In this document: positions 24,619 to 34,148 of the stretch, in pieces
How the letters are laid out: every line of letters starts with the position of its first letter
How positions within the stretch are numbered: position 1 is the first letter of the stretch
Origin: a candidate division FCPU426 bacterium
Lineage (GTDB): Bacteria > Oederibacteriota > Muellerivitia > Muellerivitales > Muellerivitaceae
DNA length: 64,000 bases
Assembly (NCBI GenBank): GCA_963738405.1
Contig: CAVTWJ010000023.1
Coordinates: 64,001-128,000 of the forward strand
Direction: 5' to 3'
The notes under the pieces: model-generated
Databases searched by the model: none
What the model saw: the letters and a program-made list of their open reading frames with translations, nothing else
Told to the model about the DNA's origin: nothing
Translations under genes and position numbers: made by a program

Positions 24619-26445
24619 TTAACCCTGTTTCCCATGCTCATTGTGCATAGTTAATTCAATTTCCAGTTTTTCGCCCACTGGCGCTTCACCCTTTTTCCGC
24701 TGTTTTGGTTCTTTAGGCACAACAGGAATCTCGATCTTATTGAACTCATTTTTCTTCAAGTGGTTATTTCGGATAGGAACGCAACCCACATAATCGAATT
24801 CCCTCGGAGGAGGTTTGACTTCTTTGAGCTTCATTTTGAAAACCTTCGGGCCTGAGACATAAACGATCCTGCACACCGCTTCCCCACGTTTCATTCCCCT
24901 CAAGTAATTAGGATGAATAATAAACTCCTCATCCTGTTTTTCGGTCCGTCCCCTAGGCTGAGAGATACGGGTGTCATATGAATAAACGTCTTTCTTTGTG
25001 ACTTTGGTCCCGAAAATCGATGCGAAGAAGTCCACCGTGTCTTTCTCAGTGATGTTCATCACGATTTTGTGGTTGGTGTTGGTGAGAATGTCATCCTTGA
25101 ATTCCTGGCTGACGGCCCCCAACTGGCCCAAGCTGTGGTGGGCTAAAAAAAAGCAAACATTTGCTTCGCGCCCTAAGGAAATAAGGTCATTGAGCCCCGG
25201 ATAGGCGGCGGTGTAGAACTCGTCCAAAAAGACGAAAAAGGGCCTTTCCGGCTTCTCAATAAGCCTCCGCCCTATAACCCCCGCCAAGTCAGTTAGGGCC
25301 GAAATAATGACCGGTTTGGAGTCCTCCTGGTTCACAAGTGAAGAGGTTCCAAATAGGAATATCTGTTGTTTCTCAACCACATCCCTCATCTTGATATCCG
25401 GGTTCAGGGTGTTGATAAGGGGTGACCACTCACGGGTGGTGAAACGTGCCAATTTGCTAGTTAGGCCTGAAAGATTAAGCTCCCTGTCCTTCTCCGACAT
25501 ATTGACCCACTTTTCCAGGAAGTATTTCCCCGAGACGGTGTCCTCGTGTTTCCGAGCCAAGACCTTTATCGAATCGAACGATCTGATTTCGTTTGAGATA
25601 AGGTTCTGGTAATCCATCCGGGTAACGTGCTTGAACTCCAAGAAAAGAAGGTTGGTAAGGTTGCTCAAAACGTCGCTGGCTTGGTCCCGATAATATTCCT
25701 GGGTCACAGGGCCGTAAAAGATCGACTTCATGAGGCCATTGAAGACCTCGTCTGGCTTATCCTTGAAATCCGGGTTGTAAGTCTGGCTCCTTTTCACATC
25801 TGCCAAATCAAAATACTTAAGGTCATGGAGCCGTCCATATTTCTGGGCGTAATAGGGAATGTGTTTGTTGTAATTGGATTTGGCGTCGAAAACGAACATC
25901 CCCAAACCGTTCCTGATCCCCTGTTCAATCATGTGGTTGAAAATGTTTGTTTTTCCCATGCCGGAAGATCCGATGACTTCCGTGTGGTACTTGAGCAGTT
26001 CAGCAGGAATGAAAAACTTGTTTTCCGCATCTAGGTATAAAGAGAATTTTCCGCCTTCTTGGCGGGGCGACTCGCCCGGATGCTCTGGGATATGTCTCAT
26101 GAAAAAATGAATAAAATAAATGCAGAAACCTATCAGGATGGAAAGCCCCATCACCACATCCCCCGTGAACCCCTCGGTTCCCAGAAACACCCCGAAAAAG
26201 TCATGGCAAAAAGCTAGGGCAATAACGGCAGGGGCCAAGGCTAAGAGGTGGGTCATTCGGACATGCTTCTCAAACATGTAGAGAAAACCCACGGAGAGGG
26301 CCGCAAGAGTGTCAAAGGGGGTAACGGATGGGGATATGACCCCTAAGACTTCAAGGGTGAATTTAAGGCCCGAATAGACCCCAAATCCAGCTAAGACAGG
26401 AGGGGTGTGCTTCTCAACTGATTTGAAAAAATTCCAGGTACTCAT
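24619..26445 (-). CDS. VirD4/TraD-like type IV coupling protein
   Basis: N-terminal TM helices, HTEVIGSSGMGKT, FDAK, FLDEF, GREANV, HSLGQL, RGEA. Confidence 0.88.
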   Translation of the reverse strand: MSTWNFFKSVEKHTPPVLAGFGVYSGLKFTLEVLGVISPSVTPFDTLAALSVGFLYMFEKHVRMTHLLALAPAVIALAFCHDFFGVFLGTEGFTGDVVMGLSILIGFCIYFIHFFMRHIPEHPGESPRQEGGKFSLYLDAENKFFIPAELLKYHTEVIGSSGMGKTNIFNHMIEQGIRNGLGMFVFDAKSNYNKHIPYYAQKYGRLHDLKYFDLADVKRSQTYNPDFKDKPDEVFNGLMKSIFYGPVTQEYYRDQASDVLSNLTNLLFLEFKHVTRMDYQNLISNEIRSFDSIKVLARKHEDTVSGKYFLEKWVNMSEKDRELNLSGLTSKLARFTTREWSPLINTLNPDIKMRDVVEKQQIFLFGTSSLVNQEDSKPVIISALTDLAGVIGRRLIEKPERPFFVFLDEFYTAAYPGLNDLISLGREANVCFFLAHHSLGQLGAVSQEFKDDILTNTNHKIVMNITEKDTVDFFASIFGTKVTKKDVYSYDTRISQPRGRTEKQDEEFIIHPNYLRGMKRGEAVCRIVYVSGPKVFKMKLKEVKPPPREFDYVGCVPIRNNHLKKNEFNKIEIPVVPKEPKQRKKGEAPVGEKLEIELTMHNEHGKQG

Positions 26446-26714
26446 GGCGGTATATCTTCTTCAAGGGAGAATGGAACACTAAAAACCCCTTAACTTTTAT
26501 TACCGCCACTGCGCGTTGACAAGTTCATATTTGCAGGAATTAGGAAAAATCTTCCTGTCATATACGTGTCATTCGTTTTGCTTTTTAGTGATTTTTTACG
26601 ATCATTGGTGATCACTGATGATCAGTTGAAAAAAATAGCCTTTGCCCTTCGGGATGCGAAATCCCTTACAGGCAAAGGCTTTTAAAATGCGCTGGGAACA
26701 ATAATTTTTTGAAA

Positions 26715-26792
26715 TGGCGGGGTTGACGGGGCTCGAACCCGCGACCTCCTGCGTGACAGGCAGGCGCTCTAACCAAACTGAGCTACAACCCC
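26715..26792 (-). tRNA. tRNA-Asp (GTC)
   Basis: GGGGTTGTAGCTCAGTTTGGTTAGAGCGCCTGCCTGTCACGCAGGAGGTCGCGGGTTCGAGCCCCGTCAACCCCGCCA; cloverleaf with encoded CCA. Confidence 0.98.
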
Positions 26793-26946
26793 TCGCAGGT
26801 AAAGGAAAAAGCAGGAAGGAGAATCCCTCGCTTTGTCACTCGGTCCACATTTGAACCGCCCTTAAGGGAAGCGAAACGGAGGGGTATCGTATAGGGGCAG
26901 GTGGCTTTCGTCAAGCTTAGGAGGTTCCCGGTTTTGTCGCTTGGTT

Positions 26947-27092
26947 GTCATTGCGAGGAAAGTCCCCGAATAGGGGACGCTTATGACGTGGCAATCTCAG
27001 TTTAAATATGCCTTTAAAAAAGCCAACGCGAACGGCGACCTGGGATCACCACGTCGCCAACCGCCCCCATTGGGGCGGCTCCTCGTGATGAC
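26947..27092 (+). repeat. REP-like nested palindromic element
   Basis: GTCATTGCGAGGA...TCCTCGTGATGAC and GACGTGGCAATC...GATCACCACGTC arms plus internal GC hairpins. Confidence 0.7.
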
Positions 27093-27128
27093 GGCATCAA
27101 TTCAAACCGAGTCACTTATCGGGAATCA

Positions 27129-30100
27129 TTAGACCTTTTGAGGGGTTGGGACTTCCTGGGTCTGAGACTTTTGAAGCTTGAATTTCTTTACCGCGAACCG
27201 GGAAACGCTGTTTTTGAGCACGCTTTTGGCTGAGAGTTTATACAAGTATTCCCCATCCCCCAACTTGCCCGCATCCCAAATGGAAACGGCGTAGGCGCCG
27301 CCTTCTTTCTTTTCTTCCACCTTGTCGATCAGGGAACCCGTTGAATCAAAGATTTCCAGCGTCACGTGACAGTCTTCCTTCAGGAAATAATAGGCCCGGA
27401 CCGGGCCTGGCAAAGTCGGGTTTGGGAAAAGCCCCACGTCTTCCGTAAAGGTGGAAAAGGTTTCTTTGGAGGAGGCCACCGCGATATCCCGGATCGCCAG
27501 AACCGGAAATTGATCGCTCAATAGGCGGATTTCAAAGCGGCCCTCGGGCAAATCGGGAAACTTGAACCGGCCCTGGGCGTCAGTGATGGCGACTGCTCCG
27601 TCCCGATGGGCCCGAATCACCTCCACCTTGGCTCCCACGACCGGCGTGGTTCCGTCTTTGCGGAGAAACACCCCCGCTAAGGAACCCATGCGTCGAATCA
27701 GGATGCGCCTTTTCGCCACCAAGCTTCCGGGCTTCCCCTTTTTCGGGGCCGGCGCCACGTGAAGGTACCATGTCCCTTCCGCGATATCCTTGAACTCAAG
27801 TGTCTTCTCGGTGGTGTAGGAATCTTCAACCGTGACCTTTTCAACCTCATTGGCGCTGAGGCGGTAATAGACCCCCCCGCTTTTGAAACTGCCGTCATGG
27901 CGGTCCTCCAACAGGAAAACCGGGTCATGCAGGTTCACCGGCTCGTCTTCCCTGGGATGGGTGGGGCTTTGGATAACGGGCGGGGGAAATTCCCCCGAGG
28001 CGGTTCGCACCGCCATATGGGTCGGCTCGGAAAGGTTTCCCGCCTTGTCCCGTACCACGACATGCAGGTACCAAACCCCGGGGCCCGAGGCGCGAACCGA
28101 AATTTCATCCTCGGTGGTGCGTTGGGATTCGGTTGGGTTGGGCCGAGTTAGGGATTCCTGGTCGAAGAGATAGTAATAGGCGTCAAAGCCGGACAGCTTG
28201 GTAGCCGAGGAAAGTTTGAACTGGACCTTCGCGGGCGAATACCAGCATTGGGAATCGGGATGGGAGGGCGATGAAACCTGGGGCGGGGCGGGTTTTTCCA
28301 CGTCGATCTTCAGGCGGTAATGGGCCGATTCCTCGCTGAGATTCCCCGCTTTGTCCCTGGCCACCACATGGAAATACCAAACCCCGCTTTGAAGGTCTTT
28401 CAGTTCTTGGCGTTTGGCGTCGGTAAAGGCCTTTTCCTCAATTGGAGGGCGGGAGTTGGGACTTTGATCGAGCAATGTGTAATAACCGGCGATGCCGGTG
28501 GCGTCCGCCGGGGCGTCCCAAAGCATGACGACCAGGGGGTTAGAACTCCATTCTTCGTTCGAGTGGGTGGGGCTGGAAAGGGCCGGTACCCCGACCCCAT
28601 GGTCGGAGATACAAACCGCAACCTGATTGCCCTCGTGCTGTTCGTTGCCCATGCGGTCCACGGCCTGGACGCAATAATAGTAGGCGGTGCTGTCCCGCAA
28701 GCCTTCGCCGGGATCAAGGTAAGTCACTCCCTTGATTTCCCCATCGATGGATATCTTTTCCCGAGGACCCCCTTCCACCCAGCGGTAAAGGCGGTAGTAG
28801 TCGGTTCCGGAAACTGAATCCACTACCGGGGTCCATTTCAACTCGATATCGCCGCCCGCCTTGGATACAGCTTTTAATTGGGAAACCGGGGGCGGGGGTG
28901 AAATATCCACCGTCAACGAGGCCATCTCGGTTTCAGGCCAGTTTTCCTGATTTCCGGCCCCGTCCCGGGCCCTGCACCGGAAAGCGAATCGAATACCATC
29001 CTGAGCCTGAAAAGCCGCGCTTCGGTCCGTCACACGGGTCAAATAGTCGCTCCAGTTACCCTTATCCCCCGCCTTCATCTGCACATCGAAAGATTCAATT
29101 CCGCTTAAGTCATCCACCCCTTCCCATTCCAGGGCCACCTGCGTGCGGTCCAGCATGGGCGGGAGTGCCTTCATACGGGATCGGGGAGGGGTGGAATCTA
29201 TCAAGATGGCGTAATGCCCGGCCTCTCGGCTCAGGTTCCCTACCCTGTCCTTGGCCACAATGTGGAAATAATACTTCCCGTCTTTCAAAGCCGGTCCGGT
29301 GAGAGAGGTTTCGGTCGTCCACTTGCCCTGGTTGGGGCCTGGGATGGTATGGGGCTGGCTGTCCAGCGCCACGTAATAGCCTTCCACCCCCGATAATTCC
29401 CGGGGCGCCTCCCAAACCATCTTAGGGATGTTGGCCTTAACCCATTGGTTGGGCGGGTGGGTGGGGCTTTTCACCATGGGCGCCTGGGCTTCCGAATCGA
29501 CCAACACCTTAAATCGCGCGCAAGGGCCAAGGTTTCCGGCCCGGTCCTTGGCGATCACATGCACGAACCATATTCCATCGCCGGGCAGGGTCACCACCGT
29601 TCCACGGGTTGCGGTAAAGGCCATTTCCCGCAGAACCGGCGTCCAGGATTCTTCTTGGTTAGCGAGAAAGTAATAACCCTCGATGCCCGACAAGTCTTCC
29701 GGGTCTTTCCAAACCAGTTCCACCCGGCGGGAGGCGTACCACTTATCCTTTTGGGGATGGGTTACGGATGTTATTTCGGGCGTCCCCGCCGTGGTGTCCA
29801 GCCGAACCCGATAAAGAGCCGGGTCTTTCCCCACGTTGCCCGCCGCGTCCTGGGCCACGACCCCTAATGTAAACACTCCGTCGTGGGGTATCTCAAGGGC
29901 CAGCTCAGTCTTTTCAGTAAAGAAAGCCTTATCCGGTTCCGGCAGAGGCTTCGGGTCTTCGCCGAAGACATAATAAAAGCCCGTGACGCCCGACAAGTCG
30001 TCCGGAGCCGTCAGTTTAAAGAGAATCTTCGGGTTCGCAGTCCAGCGTTCCGGGTCGGGGTGGGACTCGCTAGTGATGAAGGGCTTGGAAACTTCTGAAT

Positions 30101-32702
30101 CCACCCGCACGGGATAATGCACCGCTTTCCAATCCACATTGCCCGCTTTGTCCTTGGTGGTAATGTGGAAATACCAGAGGCCGTCATCCGTCACTTCGAA
30201 GGAGACAAATCGCTGGGTGGTAAAGAGGGAGTTTTTATCGTTCGGGACAGTATCAGCCTTACGGTCGATGTTGTAGTAGTAACCCTCGATGCCCGAATGG
30301 TCAAAGGGGTCTTCCCACTGGATCTCCACCCGCCGGTTTTTGTACCAGCGTTCTGTTTCCCCATGGGTGGTGGAAGCCACCTTGGGGGGGCTGGCCAGGG
30401 TATCCAGGCAAATCTTTAAATGGGCCGCCTGGGGAGAAAGGTTTCCCGCCATGTCCTTGGTGCGGGCGTGAACGTACCAGATGCCGTCCGCCAATTCCTT
30501 AAAAGATAATTGGGGTTTCAGTGTATAGAGGGCGCTGTCGGCCTGGGGCAGGGTCTGGGGTTCCCGGTCGAGCACATAGTAAAAGCCTTCCACTCCCGAA
30601 AGATCGGAAGGGGGCTGGATGAGGATTTCCACCTGATTCACGGGATACCATTGTTCCTGCTGTGGATGGGTTATCGAGGAAAGGGCGGGCGCCAGGGCCT
30701 TGGTATCGATCTTGATAGCCATATGGGCCGCTTCAACCCCCAGGTTCCCCGCCAGGTCCTGGGTTGCCACATGGACAAACCAAAGCCCGTCTTCCAAGGG
30801 GCCCAGAGAAAGCCTGGTATCGGCCACAAAATCCCCCGCCCCGGGGCCGGGAACGGTCTGGGCCTCCCTGTCCGCCTTTACGAAATAGCCTTTCACCCCT
30901 GAAAGGTCCTTGGGTTCTTCCCAAACGACGAGGGGCGTGGGGTTGGCCATCCATTTTTCCGAATCGGGATGGGTGGGACTGGAAAGGTTCGGAGGCGGCG
31001 CCGCCGCGGTGTCGATGTTGACCTGGTAATGGGAAGCCCGGGTACCGATATTGCCTGCCTCATCCACCCCAACGACATGCAGATACCAAACCCCCTCGGT
31101 GACTGGAAGCACCAGACGCCGTTCCTCGGTATAGGTCGCCTGGGGCGGTGCGGGCACCGTGTCGGGAGCCGTATTGAGGATGTAGTAATAGGCACCCAGG
31201 GGCGAAGGGGGCTGTAAAAAATATTCAACCTGTGTGGTTCTTTCCCATTTTCCCGGCTCGGGGTGCGAGGGAGAAGAAAGGGCGGGAGGCATGACGGGCG
31301 GGGTCGTGAAGGACGCGACTTGGCTTGCCGCCAGCGAGGTAGTGCGGTTGGCGCTGACCACCTTGTATTTGTACTCGGTCTCAGCCTTAAGATCGGTCAA
31401 GGCAAAGCGATGTCGCAACCGCTGGGTCTTGTCGGCCACCGATCGGGTTAATTCTTCTTTTTCTCCAGCGATGCCGTAAAAGACTTCCGATGCCGCCGTG
31501 ATGTCGGTGGTCCAGGTCAGAAGGGCGTAAGAAGAAGTGAGCTTTTCAACCATCAGTTCGGTGATTTCGGGAATCCCCGCCCGGTCAAAGGTGGATCGTA
31601 GAAACGCCCCGCCGTTTTCGGTAGAGGCGAAAAGAAAATCGTTAAAGACCATGAAGGCCCTTACGCCTTCCTCGTCGCAAGCGTAAGCCGTGGTCCAGTT
31701 TTCCCCGTCCTGGGTCTTGAGAATACGGCCCGAATTGCCAGTCCCAGCGTAGAGGGCGTTTTCGAACACTTCCAGACAGTAAAGGTTCAATTCCCGGCTG
31801 CTTTCGTAAACAATCTGCCAATCCCGGCTGTTGATGGTGCGGTAAACCCGAACTCCCTTGGGGCTGGAGGTTCCAACATAGAGGGCGCCCCTGAATTCCC
31901 GGAAGCACTGGATGAAATTCTGGCCCGTTGCCGTCACTTCTTCCCAGTTCATTCCATCCTGGGTCGAAAAGATCAGCCCGCTGGGATAGGTCCCCGCGAA
32001 AAGCCTGTTCTTGAAGATGCCGAAGCTCGTCACGGCCACTTCGCTTAAGATTCCCACGGTGTTCCACTGCAGACCATCGAAGGCCACAACCTTGCCCTGG
32101 GAACTGGTTCCCGCGTAAAGGCGGTTTTTAAAAGTAATTAAGGCGTGAACCCGGTCCTCGCCCGTGGAAAAAGCTTCCCGCCAGGTCTCCCCATCCGAGG
32201 TGGCGTAAATGGAGCCGTTCAGGTTGGTACCGGCAAAGAGTGAAGGTTCGGCGCCCGGAGGAGCATAGGTCGTAAGGCAGTAGATTTGGGTTGTGAAATC
32301 CCCCGCCCCATCCTCGGCATCGGAAGTGGGTGTAATGAACTTGGTTTGGTTTTGCGTTACGGGAAAGCCCTTGAAGCTGCCGGGAGCCGCGCTGGAGGAT
32401 CGAAGAACGCTGTCCCGGTTAGTGGCGGCGTAAAGCGAACCCTTGTATTCGGCTAGGGCGTAAAGGGTGGGAATATCGAACTTCTCAAGAACTCCAAAAA
32501 AAGCGGGCGAGGCCGTGGCCAAATGCAGATCAAGTACATTTTTAAGGCGTTCCAGGGCTTCCTTGGCGTTCTTTCCCTGGGCCTGAACCCCAGGCAGGAT
32601 GGGGCACCGGGCCAAAACTTGGCCGTTGGCCCGCGTTTCCATTTCCACCGGGAAATCATAGGGAAAGGTTTTTTTCTGGATTTTATCGTCTTTTTTCAGC
32701 AC
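27129..32702 (-). CDS. Giant multidomain protein: HicB-like N-domain, beta-propeller, ~12 Ig/FN3-like repeats, carboxypeptidase-regulatory-like and FlgD-Ig-like C-terminus
   Basis: N-terminal ARCPILPGVQAQG...EALERL; LYAGT...G..W propeller blades; ~100-aa repeats SxTHP...DLSG..GYYY...DG.WY.H...D.AGN. Confidence 0.8.
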   Translation of the reverse strand: MLKKDDKIQKKTFPYDFPVEMETRANGQVLARCPILPGVQAQGKNAKEALERLKNVLDLHLATASPAFFGVLEKFDIPTLYALAEYKGSLYAATNRDSVLRSSSAAPGSFKGFPVTQNQTKFITPTSDAEDGAGDFTTQIYCLTTYAPPGAEPSLFAGTNLNGSIYATSDGETWREAFSTGEDRVHALITFKNRLYAGTSSQGKVVAFDGLQWNTVGILSEVAVTSFGIFKNRLFAGTYPSGLIFSTQDGMNWEEVTATGQNFIQCFREFRGALYVGTSSPKGVRVYRTINSRDWQIVYESSRELNLYCLEVFENALYAGTGNSGRILKTQDGENWTTAYACDEEGVRAFMVFNDFLFASTENGGAFLRSTFDRAGIPEITELMVEKLTSSYALLTWTTDITAASEVFYGIAGEKEELTRSVADKTQRLRHRFALTDLKAETEYKYKVVSANRTTSLAASQVASFTTPPVMPPALSSPSHPEPGKWERTTQVEYFLQPPSPLGAYYYILNTAPDTVPAPPQATYTEERRLVLPVTEGVWYLHVVGVDEAGNIGTRASHYQVNIDTAAAPPPNLSSPTHPDSEKWMANPTPLVVWEEPKDLSGVKGYFVKADREAQTVPGPGAGDFVADTRLSLGPLEDGLWFVHVATQDLAGNLGVEAAHMAIKIDTKALAPALSSITHPQQEQWYPVNQVEILIQPPSDLSGVEGFYYVLDREPQTLPQADSALYTLKPQLSFKELADGIWYVHARTKDMAGNLSPQAAHLKICLDTLASPPKVASTTHGETERWYKNRRVEIQWEDPFDHSGIEGYYYNIDRKADTVPNDKNSLFTTQRFVSFEVTDDGLWYFHITTKDKAGNVDWKAVHYPVRVDSEVSKPFITSESHPDPERWTANPKILFKLTAPDDLSGVTGFYYVFGEDPKPLPEPDKAFFTEKTELALEIPHDGVFTLGVVAQDAAGNVGKDPALYRVRLDTTAGTPEITSVTHPQKDKWYASRRVELVWKDPEDLSGIEGYYFLANQEESWTPVLREMAFTATRGTVVTLPGDGIWFVHVIAKDRAGNLGPCARFKVLVDSEAQAPMVKSPTHPPNQWVKANIPKMVWEAPRELSGVEGYYVALDSQPHTIPGPNQGKWTTETSLTGPALKDGKYYFHIVAKDRVGNLSREAGHYAILIDSTPPRSRMKALPPMLDRTQVALEWEGVDDLSGIESFDVQMKAGDKGNWSDYLTRVTDRSAAFQAQDGIRFAFRCRARDGAGNQENWPETEMASLTVDISPPPPVSQLKAVSKAGGDIELKWTPVVDSVSGTDYYRLYRWVEGGPREKISIDGEIKGVTYLDPGEGLRDSTAYYYCVQAVDRMGNEQHEGNQVAVCISDHGVGVPALSSPTHSNEEWSSNPLVVMLWDAPADATGIAGYYTLLDQSPNSRPPIEEKAFTDAKRQELKDLQSGVWYFHVVARDKAGNLSEESAHYRLKIDVEKPAPPQVSSPSHPDSQCWYSPAKVQFKLSSATKLSGFDAYYYLFDQESLTRPNPTESQRTTEDEISVRASGPGVWYLHVVVRDKAGNLSEPTHMAVRTASGEFPPPVIQSPTHPREDEPVNLHDPVFLLEDRHDGSFKSGGVYYRLSANEVEKVTVEDSYTTEKTLEFKDIAEGTWYLHVAPAPKKGKPGSLVAKRRILIRRMGSLAGVFLRKDGTTPVVGAKVEVIRAHRDGAVAITDAQGRFKFPDLPEGRFEIRLLSDQFPVLAIRDIAVASSKETFSTFTEDVGLFPNPTLPGPVRAYYFLKEDCHVTLEIFDSTGSLIDKVEEKKEGGAYAVSIWDAGKLGDGEYLYKLSAKSVLKNSVSRFAVKKFKLQKSQTQEVPTPQKV

Positions 32703-32813
32703 AAAGGCCCCTGAGGAATTGCTGGAAGACTAGCCCGTTATTTTAGTCAAACCAAGGGAGCGAGGACAGCACATACCAAAAAAACAAGAACCGAAGGGAA
32801 CACCTATATAATC

Positions 32814-32986
32814 CACCACCAAGACACGAAGACACCATACCGACCTTCTATAGGACATCTAAAGAGGTCGGTATAGTACCGATTCCCATATTGGCTTTTT
32901 TATTGAGAATCGGCACAAGAAAACCTGGTGTTATAAACCCAAATCTTTGATTTTGCCTTACTTGGTGTCTTGATGCCTTGGTGGTG
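32814..32986. repeat. Intergenic imperfect inverted repeat (REP/MITE-like)
   Basis: CACCACCAAGACACGAAGACACCA ... TGGTGTCTTGATGCCTTGGTGGTG. Confidence 0.65.
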
Positions 32987-33013
32987 AAATCGTTTGTTTG
33001 AGGAAGTGGCCTT

Positions 33014-34141
33014 TTGAAAAAGCTAGAAGTCATCGACCTGGTCCGCAGTTTCGCCATCATCAGCGTTCTGGGATACCATCTGGCGGGAGCGAACATCGTC
33101 TCCCTAGCGGGTCTTCCCCTTTGGATTCAATGGTTTTGGTCCAAAATCGCCTATAACGGTTCCCTGGGGGTATCGGCTTTTTTTGTGGTCTCTGGGTTCC
33201 TCATCACCCGCTTGATCGCCCAGGGGGAAGGCGGCCTTGAAAACCCGGGGCTTCGGTATTTCTATTCCCGCCGCATCGGGCGTATTGTTCCCCTCTACCT
33301 GCTTCTTATATTCGTGGGCCTGTTACTCCTCTTCGTTATCCCTGTTCTTAACCCCACCGCTTTTCAGAATTCGATCCAGGTTGGCCGGGGGCCACTTCAA
33401 CCCCTCTTCTGGCTTTCCCTGGCCACCTTTACCGTTAATTGGTATGTGACCTTCTTCTTTAACCATAACCCCGTCGGGGGAGCCTGGGGCATTCTTTGGA
33501 CCATCTGCATCGAGGAACAGTTTTATCTTTTTTATCCCCTTTTGCTCAGGGGCATTAAGAATAAAAAAGACCTAGCGCCTTTTCTTGGCTTTTTCGTTTT
33601 CTTCGGCCTGGTGACCCGGTTCATCAATGTCTGGTTTTATCCGAATGTTATTTCTTATAACTCGTTCCAAAGTTTCGACCAGATCGCCATGGGCTGTCTC
33701 TTGTACCTGGCATCGGAGCGTTGGGGCAAATTATTGGCCGGGAATAAAACCTTTAGCCTCATTCTCATTCTTTTCGGGTTCCTGATTTCCCTACTGGTTT
33801 ATACCCACGTTCCCGAGAGACCCGAATTGCTTTGGGCCATCGGAAACCGCCTTGTCTTTAGCACCGGAATTTTTCTTTTGCTATTGGGAAGTTTGTCCCA
33901 AGATTGGTTTGAAGGCGGCATATTCAAATGGCTTTCCCTGCCAGGGCGCCTCAGTTATGGCATCTACATGCTCCATGTCGTAATTCTTTACCTGGTCTGG
34001 GACTTAATAAGTGGATGGAGTCTCTTGTGGGCCGGGGTAACTTTTGCTGGATTGGCGATAGTCGTGGCTTACGTTTCTTTTCGATTCTTTGAAATGCCGA
34101 TGAATCGCTTCATACGAAAAAATTTAAACCCAACTGTGTGA
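33014..34141 (+). CDS. Acyltransferase family 3 (OafA-like) membrane protein
   Basis: IDLVRSFAI, GVSAFFVVSGFLIT, RRIGRIVPLY, WTICIEEQFY, GRLSYGIYMLH, FFEMP. Confidence 0.92.
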   Translation: MKKLEVIDLVRSFAIISVLGYHLAGANIVSLAGLPLWIQWFWSKIAYNGSLGVSAFFVVSGFLITRLIAQGEGGLENPGLRYFYSRRIGRIVPLYLLLIFVGLLLLFVIPVLNPTAFQNSIQVGRGPLQPLFWLSLATFTVNWYVTFFFNHNPVGGAWGILWTICIEEQFYLFYPLLLRGIKNKKDLAPFLGFFVFFGLVTRFINVWFYPNVISYNSFQSFDQIAMGCLLYLASERWGKLLAGNKTFSLILILFGFLISLLVYTHVPERPELLWAIGNRLVFSTGIFLLLLGSLSQDWFEGGIFKWLSLPGRLSYGIYMLHVVILYLVWDLISGWSLLWAGVTFAGLAIVVAYVSFRFFEMPMNRFIRKNLNPTV

Positions 34142-34148
34142 TAACTCT

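Larger units (their letters stand above)
1..26714. mobile_element. Putative integrated defence island at the tRNA-Asp 3' end (left boundary outside the window)
   Basis: Accessory genes (T4CP, relaxase-like, TA, CRISPR) begin right after the tRNA 3' end, with mostly core genes on the other side; no integrase or att duplicate seen in the window. Confidence 0.6.
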
